Below are positions 54,661 through 61,537 of a stretch of DNA of 64,000 bases, piece after piece. The DNA lies in assembly GCA_015061565.1 (NCBI GenBank), contig SUWI01000001.1, forward strand, positions 21,505 through 85,504, read 5' to 3'. Both the position numbers and the translations under genes were made by a program. Position 1 is the stretch's first letter. Each line of letters begins with the position of its first letter. This stretch comes from Lentisphaerota bacterium. Lineage in GTDB: Bacteria > Verrucomicrobiota > Lentisphaeria > Victivallales > UBA1829. The notes under the pieces were generated by a model, which saw only the letters and a list, made by a program, of their open reading frames with translations, made no database searches and was not told the DNA's origin.

Positions 54661-55098
54661 TCATTCCTTTCCCGTGCTTCCGAAGCCGCCGGAGCCCCGG
54701 TCGGTTTCGGTCAGTTCGGCGACTTCCGTCAGCGTGACTTCCGGGAGTTTGCAGATCACCATCTGCGCGATGCGGTCACCTGTGCGGATGGGGAAGACAT
54801 CACTCCCGAGGTTGAAGAGGATCACTTTGACCTCGCCGCGATAGTTCGCATCGACCGTGCCGGGCGAATTGGTCACGGTGATATGGTGTTTCGCCGCCCA
54901 GCCGCTGCGGGGGCGGATCTGCGCCTCGTATCCGGGCGGCAGTTCCATCGCGAATCCGGCGGGGACGACCGCGCCGGAAAGCGGTTCGAGTTCGATATCC
55001 ACGCGGGAACGCAGATCGTATCCCGCATCATCATGATGTGCTTTGACCGGGAGGAAATCTTCGCATCCCGGCATGAGTTTGATCTTGATTTCTGTCAT
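54661..55098 (-). CDS. dut: dUTP diphosphatase
   Basis: HDDAGYDL, PRSG, GTVDANYRGEV, DRIAQ, C-terminal RGSGGFGSTG. Confidence 0.95.
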   Translation of the reverse strand: MTEIKIKLMPGCEDFLPVKAHHDDAGYDLRSRVDIELEPLSGAVVPAGFAMELPPGYEAQIRPRSGWAAKHHITVTNSPGTVDANYRGEVKVILFNLGSDVFPIRTGDRIAQMVICKLPEVTLTEVAELTETDRGSGGFGSTGKE

Positions 55099-55138
55099 GG
55101 TTTCCTCCGTTTTTCAAAGTTCTTTTTCAAAAGCATAG

Positions 55139-55954
55139 TCAGTCAGCAAAATGGGAAATGGATTCCGCCCGGTTTTTTTCTTCGAAATTCGTGTTGGAAA
55201 AAATGGCAATGCTGCGGTCATCATTGCCGCGGGGGTCTTTTGCCCAGCAGCCTCGGGTCAGATAATCCAGCAGGTTCTGTCGCGTCAGGTGCCCGGCAGA
55301 GCAGTCATCGAACATTTTGTTGAAGATCGGACCGGGGGTCATTTCCGCAAGGTTGAACATCAGGAATTCGGGGCCGTCGCTGGTAATCGCAATGCTGTTG
55401 ATGTCTTCTGACGCGACCATACAGGCATGATAATTACGGCGGATCGCCGCCTCGGGACGCAGGAAACGGGTTTCATTGTCGTATTCCCCTTTGTCCGGCG
55501 GAAAAAGCGAGTAACAGCATTCTTCACCCTCGCGGATGACGATGGCGCCGTCGCCGACCTGGAAGAAACCGCAGCGGGCTTTGCCCCAGACTGCAAACGC
55601 GATGGTGAAATCGAATTCGGATTCCGGACATTGATACTGCTCGACCAGTTCGATCTTCTGCTGGCAGACCGTGCGGATCATGATATTGCAGAAACGGAAC
55701 CAGCGGCGGTCGTTCCAGCGCTCGCAGTCCAGGATGGAATAAAGCAGACCATCCATCACGGCACACTGGCTGCGGAAGGCTTTCACCGCGGCCTGAGCGC
55801 CGAAATGGGAATAACGGGCGCTGCCGCGTCCGTCGCACACGATCAGGCATGGACGCGGTGCAAGCCACACGCCGGACGCATCCTGACAGGGGATCTCCCT
55901 GCGGATGTGTCCGTTGCCGGGAACCGAAACAGCGAATCCCCGGAAATCACTCAT
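55139..55954 (-). CDS. PP2C-family (PP2C_2-like) protein phosphatase, TerY-P-type
   Basis: VSVPGNGHIRREIPCQDASGVW...LIVCDGRGSARYSHFGAQAAV matches the G.sH...CQD...DG.GS pattern. ATGA overlap with the vWA gene. Confidence 0.8.
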   Translation of the reverse strand: MSDFRGFAVSVPGNGHIRREIPCQDASGVWLAPRPCLIVCDGRGSARYSHFGAQAAVKAFRSQCAVMDGLLYSILDCERWNDRRWFRFCNIMIRTVCQQKIELVEQYQCPESEFDFTIAFAVWGKARCGFFQVGDGAIVIREGEECCYSLFPPDKGEYDNETRFLRPEAAIRRNYHACMVASEDINSIAITSDGPEFLMFNLAEMTPGPIFNKMFDDCSAGHLTRQNLLDYLTRGCWAKDPRGNDDRSIAIFSNTNFEEKNRAESISHFAD

Positions 55955-56661
55955 TTTCCTTCCTCCAGCGCCGGGGTTCCGGCGAGGTCGGCCCAGGAAT
56001 TCACGTTGCCGAGCACGACGGCATCCTGCTGCGCCACGGAACTGGCGGAAACACTCTTAAGCGAATCGGTCAGCCATTTGAAGAACTCCTTGAAGCAGAG
56101 GCCTTTGAGTTTGACCGGTCCGGGATGTTCGGGCAGGATCTGACGCAGAGTGTCGAAATCGGCCTCGTCGCCGATGCCGATACCGATGTACTGCAGGCGC
56201 TTTTCCTCGCCGAGCTGTTTCATGGAAGCGGCGGCGTTTCTCCAGTCGTCGTTGGGACAGCCGTCGGTCATCAGAATGATCCACGGCTTGTAACTGGAGA
56301 TGCCTTTCTGTTTGTAGAGACGGCGGCGCGCCTTGAGTTCGGAATCTGCGAGTCTGAGGGCTTCGCCGAGCGGGGTGGAGCCGTTGGCTTCGAGGGCAGG
56401 CGGATTGTCGTTGACCACGTTGACCGGAGCGAACGGGGCCGCGATTTCGGCATTGCCGCCGAAGGTGATGACTTCGAGTTCCACGCTCATGCTGGCGGTC
56501 TCGTCGTCGCTGGTCTCACGCAGGAATTGAGAGAGACCTTCTTTGAGTTCGCGCAAGGGCGCGCCGGACATGCTGCCGGAGACGTCCAGCATCAGGATGA
56601 CGGGGCAGCGGGGCGCGGGATTGGTGACGTCGAGGGAGGTTTCTTCTGCGTAGTCGTTCAT
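55951..56661 (-). CDS. von Willebrand factor A (TerY-like) protein
   Basis: MIDAS DVSGSMSG, TPLGEAL, LMTDGCP. About 236 aa, like TerY. ATGA overlaps on both sides. Confidence 0.85.
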   Translation of the reverse strand: MNDYAEETSLDVTNPAPRCPVILMLDVSGSMSGAPLRELKEGLSQFLRETSDDETASMSVELEVITFGGNAEIAAPFAPVNVVNDNPPALEANGSTPLGEALRLADSELKARRRLYKQKGISSYKPWIILMTDGCPNDDWRNAAASMKQLGEEKRLQYIGIGIGDEADFDTLRQILPEHPGPVKLKGLCFKEFFKWLTDSLKSVSASSVAQQDAVVLGNVNSWADLAGTPALEEGK

Positions 56662-57779
56662 ACTACTTTTTCCTTTCTTTTGACTTTTTCGGGCAGGATC
56701 GCCCTTTGGTTGGGGTTTTTACTTGAACGCATTACGTTGATAAAGTTTTCGAGTTCGTTTTTGAGTTCGCCGAGCATGGGACGCTTCAGCGGCTCGTGGT
56801 GACCGTCCACAAACATCCGGATGAAGAGATGCTTCAATCCGGGCGTCAGCCAGCTCACCGATTTGTACCATCCGACGGGCAGGCGGACTCCGTCACGGCG
56901 GGCGAGGGGACATTTGCCGGATTTAAGGTTTTCGACCGGATCACCGCCGCCGCACTGGGCATAGGGATGCAGTCCGCTCATGAGGATCATGTAGACCACG
57001 ACTGCGAGGCTGAACCGCACCTGTTCGGGAGTCCGTTCCCGGTTGAAGAGTTCCGGATGGAACAGCAGTTCGGGTGCGGTGTATTCCGGCGTGAAGGTGC
57101 GGGTGAGAAACGTGTTCTGATTGTCGCCCGCGCCGGGGATCTGAAAACTGTCACAGTCAATGAGGCGGATACGGCCGAGTGGATCGACCAGGAAGTTGTC
57201 CGGATTGAAATCGTTGACGAGCACGCGGTGGCGTGCGAGCATCTGGACGGCGTTGACGAGATTGAGTGCGACCTTGGTCACGCTCAGGCGGTCCCAGCCG
57301 GGGAAGAAGCGTCTGACCTGGCAGGGAGCATAAAGTGCACGCAGAGTCCGTCCGGAATTTTTGCGCATGACGAAACCGATGACATTTTTATTCTGATCGA
57401 AAACGGGCATCAGAGGCCAGGCGAGGAACGGGGCGTTGCGGCATTCCACCAGTGCCAGCATCGCATTGAGACGGTCGCGGAAAGCGGCCAGTTTCCGGCT
57501 GTCGCGCAGTGTATCGTCCTTGCAGACTTTGATCAGGAAGGCGGGATTTTTCGCAAAACTGAAAATCACGCCTTCTCCGCCGTGCGCCAGGACATCCGAT
57601 TTCCGCAGCGACAGAGCCGCACCCATCGGATCATAGACGGTGCGGGAACGGTCCGGGGGAGCCTGAGCAAGAGCCAGCCAGTCGGCGCCGACGGGCGGGG
57701 CCTGTTGCTTCCTGCGCGCCGCCGGGCGGACAATCCGTCTCGGTGAAGAGGAAAACAGATGTGACCAGATGAAGTTCAT
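56658..57779 (-). CDS. Atypical Ser/Thr protein kinase-like protein
   Basis: Start MNFIWSHLF (ATGA overlap with the upstream stop). G-loop HGGEGVIF, lysine LIKV, catalytic loop VNDFNPDNFLV, LIDCDSF (DFG-like), TPEYTAPE. Confidence 0.75.
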   Translation of the reverse strand: MNFIWSHLFSSSPRRIVRPAARRKQQAPPVGADWLALAQAPPDRSRTVYDPMGAALSLRKSDVLAHGGEGVIFSFAKNPAFLIKVCKDDTLRDSRKLAAFRDRLNAMLALVECRNAPFLAWPLMPVFDQNKNVIGFVMRKNSGRTLRALYAPCQVRRFFPGWDRLSVTKVALNLVNAVQMLARHRVLVNDFNPDNFLVDPLGRIRLIDCDSFQIPGAGDNQNTFLTRTFTPEYTAPELLFHPELFNRERTPEQVRFSLAVVVYMILMSGLHPYAQCGGGDPVENLKSGKCPLARRDGVRLPVGWYKSVSWLTPGLKHLFIRMFVDGHHEPLKRPMLGELKNELENFINVMRSSKNPNQRAILPEKVKRKEKVV

Positions 57780-58300
57780 TCGGCAGCTTCTTCCTGTTCT
57801 TCTTCCGAGTCTTCGGCAGTTTCTTCCGGCAGATCGTAAGTCAGCCATTCGAACGAACCGAATTTCTTTTCGAGCGCATCATCGACTTTCGCAGCATCTT
57901 CCACGCCGAGACATTTCAGGACGAAGGTTTTCGTGGAGGGAAAACGTTCCTCTTCGACCGCGTTCCGGGCGGCAAAATCCACCTCATGGGAACCGACGGC
58001 GATACGTTTTTTTCCTGCGACCTTGAGCGTATCCGCGCTGTGCAGCGAGAGGAAATCTTCCAGGTCCATGTATTCGGGTTCTTTTTCGGCGTTCAGGGAG
58101 ATGATCTGCGTGCCGGTGAGAATGCCGTAATACTTTTTGCCGTCCGCCCGGCAATATGCCGTTGCGCCGGGACGCAGATATTTGACCGTTACGGTTTCGC
58201 GCAGATCCTCTTTGAGTTCATTCCATGCGTCTTCGATATCGCTGAACAGCTGTTTGGTCGCGTCCGAAAGACAATCCACAAATTCTTCAAAATCACTCAT
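57776..58300 (-). CDS. Hypothetical protein (174 aa) with acidic C-terminal tail
   Basis: RBS AAAGGAAG before MSDFEEFVD. Ends ...LPEETAEDSEEEQEEAAE. No domain recognised. Translationally coupled to the kinase. Confidence 0.55.
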   Translation of the reverse strand: MSDFEEFVDCLSDATKQLFSDIEDAWNELKEDLRETVTVKYLRPGATAYCRADGKKYYGILTGTQIISLNAEKEPEYMDLEDFLSLHSADTLKVAGKKRIAVGSHEVDFAARNAVEEERFPSTKTFVLKCLGVEDAAKVDDALEKKFGSFEWLTYDLPEETAEDSEEEQEEAAE

Positions 58301-58321
58301 TTTGCTTCCTTTCATTTTTTG

Positions 58322-58339
58322 CTGCCATACTCAATAATT
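58322..58339 (-). promoter_or_regulatory. Putative internal promoter/leader element (AATTATTGA-GTATGGCAG)
   Basis: Minus-strand ATTATTGAGTATGGCAGCAAAAAATGAAAGGAAGCAAAATG parallels the element at 59013-59031. Confidence 0.35.
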
Positions 58340-58394
58340 TCTGAATTACCATTTCACGAGTATAAGTGCTGTAATTCCGGGCAGGATATGCAAG

Positions 58395-58589
58395 TCACAC
58401 ATTCCAGACCGAGTTTTTGACCATTTTGACCTTGCATTTGGGGCAAACCGGCGGCCGGGAGGACCCGGAAAACAGCGGCAGGCAGGTATGGATCAGCGGA
58501 TTCGGCCGTTCCGTGGTGGCAGTTACCTTCCCGCATTTCGGGCATTTCCAGTGAACAGTCCGGATCGGCATTCGAACAAACGAACTCAT
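58395..58589 (-). CDS. Small zinc-ribbon protein (~64 aa)
   Basis: Two CxxC pairs, CPKCGK ... CPKCKVKM. ATG at 58589 forms an ATGA overlap with the upstream stop (a GTG at 58595 is also possible). Confidence 0.5.
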   Translation of the reverse strand: MSSFVRMPIRTVHWKCPKCGKVTATTERPNPLIHTCLPLFSGSSRPPVCPKCKVKMVKNSVWNV

Positions 58590-58990
58590 GCGCACATCTC
58601 CTGAAGTTGAAAAGCGCAGTCCTGAAGAGCAGACTGAAAATCCCCGATTTTGTCGCTGGTTTCGTAAAGCGCATCCGAGGTGCCGGATTTGCCGACTTTC
58701 CAGAGCTCATCGCTGATGTTCAAATCGGGAACGGCAGGGACGATTTCACTTTTTCCGAGCTGGGCGGCGATTGCGGCGAGGTCTTCGTGAATGGATTTCA
58801 GGAACCGCCACTCCAGCTGAAGTTCCTCAACGACCTTGCGTTTGTACGGAGTCATTTCTCCGGAATCTTCCTTCGAGACGCATCTGATTATTTTTTCCAT
58901 GATCTCGAAATCATGTTTCGTGGCGTCAAATCCCAGCGAGACCAGCGCCCACAGTTCCTGAGTGAGGATGTTTTTTTCTTTTTCCGTCAT
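58586..58990 (-). CDS. Hypothetical helical protein (134 aa)
   Basis: RBS AAGGAGA before MTEKEKNILTQELW. First gene of the minus-strand operon. No domain recognised. Confidence 0.55.
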   Translation of the reverse strand: MTEKEKNILTQELWALVSLGFDATKHDFEIMEKIIRCVSKEDSGEMTPYKRKVVEELQLEWRFLKSIHEDLAAIAAQLGKSEIVPAVPDLNISDELWKVGKSGTSDALYETSDKIGDFQSALQDCAFQLQEMCA

Positions 58991-59012
58991 GAGACCTTTC
59001 TCCTTTTTGATT

Positions 59013-59031
59013 CTGCCATACACCTATTATA
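59013..59031 (-). promoter_or_regulatory. Putative promoter of the six-gene operon (TATAAT -10 plus GTATGGCAG)
   Basis: Minus-strand ...CCGTATAATAGGTGTATGGCAGAATCAAAAAGGAGAAAGGTCTCATG. The -35 is weak. Confidence 0.45.
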
Positions 59032-59131
59032 CGGTGCACGGACTGGTTATTTATCGTGCGGGACGAAAAAATTTTCATTTTTCTTTAAGGGAATATAATT
59101 TCGAGCCTCTGCCATTTTGTGTCATCCGGGT

Positions 59132-59160
59132 TTGACATTATGAAATATTTGCAATATATT
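59132..59160 (+). promoter_or_regulatory. Sigma-70-type promoter of the WYL regulator gene
   Basis: TTGACA (59132-59137), 17-nt spacer, TATATT (59155-59160). ATG at 59185 preceded by AAAGGA. Confidence 0.55.
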
Positions 59161-59184
59161 ATCAAAAACGAAAGGATAAAAACA

Positions 59185-60177
59185 ATGCCGCTCAACAAAA
59201 AACAACTGATGCGTATGATCCGGTTCGTGGCGGAAATGCGGAAAAACAACTATCCCAACGCTGCCTCCTTTACGCGCATGCTCCGGGAAATGGATCTGAT
59301 CGAAAATCTCAATATTTCCTGTTCGGAACGCACCATCATGCGCGATCTGGATACGCTCCGGAAGGATTTCGAAGCACCCATTGCCTTTTCGCCGGAATAC
59401 AACGGATATTATCTCACCAATACCAGCTGGGAACTGAAAGTCCCGTTTATGGACGATGAAATGGTGATGTCCGCCATGCTGGGAGCTCAACTGGCGGAAA
59501 AGATCATGCCGTCGCCGGTCAAGGAACAGATCCGGGACGCGGTGGACAATTCCATTGCGGACAACAATTCCGAACTGCTGGACCGGACGTACATCGAAAC
59601 CTTGCTGATCGCCTCCTGCGGCAAGACGACCATCCCGCCGGAAATCTTCGGCACGGTTTTCCAGGCATGGCGGGAACGGCACGTGCTGCATCTGACCTAC
59701 CGGAAAGGCAATACCGGCGAGGTCTCCGAACGCGATTTCGAACCGCATATCGTGGCGTATCACAAAGGCAACTGGTATCTCAAGGGAGTGAACCTTGCCG
59801 ATGACAAAGTGATCGTGCTGGCGATCTTCCGGATCCAGAAGGCGGAAATCACCCGTTTCGAGTTCAAAATCCGCAAAGACATTCTGAAACAGACGGAGAA
59901 AGAAGGTCTGTTCAATTATCCGAAAATCGAAAACATCCGCGTGAAATGCGCGCCTGAAATCGCCTATTATCTTTACGAGCAGCAGAAGGCGAAGAAACTC
60001 GCCATTACTCCGCAGGAGGACGGTTCGCTGATCGTGGTTCTGCCGCCGTCGACGGAAGCGGATGCGCTCCACTGGATTCTGGGTGAAGCCGGCAATGTCG
60101 AGGTGCTGGAACCGCAATGGCTGCGGGAAAAAATCTATGCTCTGGCACAAAAAACTGCGGAGCTCAACCGGGTCTGA
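59185..60177 (+). CDS. WYL-domain transcriptional regulator (wHTH-WYL-WCX architecture)
   Basis: N-terminal HTH LMRMIRFVAEMRKNNYPNAASFTRML...SERTIMRDLDTLR. Central WYL region LTYRKGNTGEVSERDFEPHIVAYHKGNWYLKG. C-terminal extension. Confidence 0.85.
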   Translation: MPLNKKQLMRMIRFVAEMRKNNYPNAASFTRMLREMDLIENLNISCSERTIMRDLDTLRKDFEAPIAFSPEYNGYYLTNTSWELKVPFMDDEMVMSAMLGAQLAEKIMPSPVKEQIRDAVDNSIADNNSELLDRTYIETLLIASCGKTTIPPEIFGTVFQAWRERHVLHLTYRKGNTGEVSERDFEPHIVAYHKGNWYLKGVNLADDKVIVLAIFRIQKAEITRFEFKIRKDILKQTEKEGLFNYPKIENIRVKCAPEIAYYLYEQQKAKKLAITPQEDGSLIVVLPPSTEADALHWILGEAGNVEVLEPQWLREKIYALAQKTAELNRV

Positions 60178-60585
60178 ATAAAAAGACCGACTCCTGCCGA
60201 TAATATTACCGGAAATTTATATTATCCGGAAACCTGCCATATCCATTTATCATGCGGCAAAATCCAACGGAACACCGCTCTGCGGGAAAGCGCATCTGCT
60301 TTGCTGTGACATCATTTTTATCGTAAGCAGGAACCGTTTCGGGTTGTGCGCGACTTGCCGGATGAATTTCATCCCGCAGACGATGCGCAGGAACGTTTTG
60401 ACAGCTGCCGGCCGAAGTGGCGCAGAGCCGATGAACCGGATACGTCCGATCGGAAAGAGATCCGTGTTTTCCGGGAAGGGGGATTATATGTCATCCAAGT
60501 GAAGACCGGGATGTTTCCGATGCCGCCGTTGTGGTTTGCGAAAAGAACCTGAGGCCGGATCAGATCGGCTATCTGGAAGACGCCG

Positions 60586-61278
60586 TCAAGTGAGCAGCTG
60601 ATATTCTGCGGGGGTGAGTTCGCGCATTTCGCCGGGCGTGAGGGATTCATCCAGGGACAGCGGCCCGATTTTCACCCGTTTGAGATAAATCACCTCTTTG
60701 CCGATCTGTTGGCACATCCTTTTGACCTGATGGAATTTGCCTTCGGCGATTTCGATGAAGACTTTTTTCGGATCGCCGGGGATTTCCAGAACTGCGGGCT
60801 GGGCGGTAAAATCCTGAAATTTCATTCCGGCGCGGAATTTTTCGATATCTCCGGGTTCCGCCGGACGGTCCAGTTCGGCATAATAGCGTTTCATGATTTT
60901 TTTCTTCGGGGACATCAGAGCATGATCGAACTGTCCGTCGTTGGTGAGCAGGAGCAGCCCTTCGGTATCCTTGTCCAGTCGTCCGACGGGAAACACTTTG
61001 AAATGTTTCCATTCTTCGGGGATCAGGTCAATGACCACGGGATCATGTTTATCTTCGGTGGCGCTCAGGTATCCGGCGGGTTTGTTGAGCATGAGATAAA
61101 TGAATTTCCGATATGGGATGAGTTTGCCGTTGAGTTTGACTTCATCGGTTTCACGGACCTGAAAATCGGCCGACGGCGCTACGGTGCCGTTCACCGTGAC
61201 CGCGCGGTAACGGATCAGTTTCCTGATTTCGCTGCGGCTGAGGGCCGCGGAATCCGAAATGAATTTGTCCAGTCTCAT
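60586..61278 (-). CDS. rsuA: Pseudouridine synthase, RsuA/RluB family (S4 domain plus catalytic domain)
   Basis: Start MRLDKFISDSAALSRSEIRKLI (S4). Catalytic PVGRLDKDTEGLLLLTNDG. Confidence 0.85.
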   Translation of the reverse strand: MRLDKFISDSAALSRSEIRKLIRYRAVTVNGTVAPSADFQVRETDEVKLNGKLIPYRKFIYLMLNKPAGYLSATEDKHDPVVIDLIPEEWKHFKVFPVGRLDKDTEGLLLLTNDGQFDHALMSPKKKIMKRYYAELDRPAEPGDIEKFRAGMKFQDFTAQPAVLEIPGDPKKVFIEIAEGKFHQVKRMCQQIGKEVIYLKRVKIGPLSLDESLTPGEMRELTPAEYQLLT

Positions 61279-61537
61279 ACAGCTCCCTGATGTTCGGATA
61301 CAGGAAAAATATATCCGGGAAAGACGAAAAAGCAAGTGAAAAATCAAAAAAGAATGTACGGGAAAAAAACCGGACAGAACAGTCTGATGTTTTTCCATGA
61401 TTCATCAGCGGGATGCCGGACTGTTTCTATAAAATATAATAGAATATTTGATTTTCTCCTTGAAAACAGAACGAAACTGTGATAAATTATTGCTTATAAA
61501 AAAGTATTTGAAAATCTATCCGGTAATCAGGTGCAGA

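Noticed and set aside
58354-58710. 118-aa minus-strand ORF overlapping the 134-aa gene and the zinc-ribbon gene.
   Set aside because: It sits in an alternative frame across two ORFs that have RBSs and ATGA coupling, and its composition is Ala/Pro/Arg-rich and shadow-like.
7343-60150. Many long ORFs antisense to, or frame-shifted within, recognised genes. Examples: 7343-8458(-), 9822-10895(-), 11165-12178(-), 13207-14187(+), 13970-15229(+), 15419-16312(+), 21696-23462(+), 24579-26072(+), 34218-35828(+), 35662-37611(+), 38922-39854(-), 40152-41483(-), 44889-45917(+), 46655-47518(-), 59122-60150(-).
   Set aside because: The opposite or alternative frame encodes proteins with clear conserved motifs. 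These translations are Arg/Gly/His/Pro-rich low-complexity sequences typical of shadow ORFs in high-GC DNA, and they lack RBSs.
60346-60552. 68-aa ORF between the WYL regulator and rsuA, with a second short frame running to ~60592.
   Set aside because: There is no recognisable domain or convincing RBS. It could be a gene remnant or a small protein, but the sequence alone does not support a call.
51673-60585. Tested whether the whole accessory region is a discrete mobile element (integrase, transposase, tRNA target, flanking direct or inverted repeats).
   Set aside because: No recombinase or transposase gene was found, and no matching terminal repeats. The TGACGG array at the left edge has no partner on the right. 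dut in the middle looks native, so I describe the region as island-like rather than as a mobile element.
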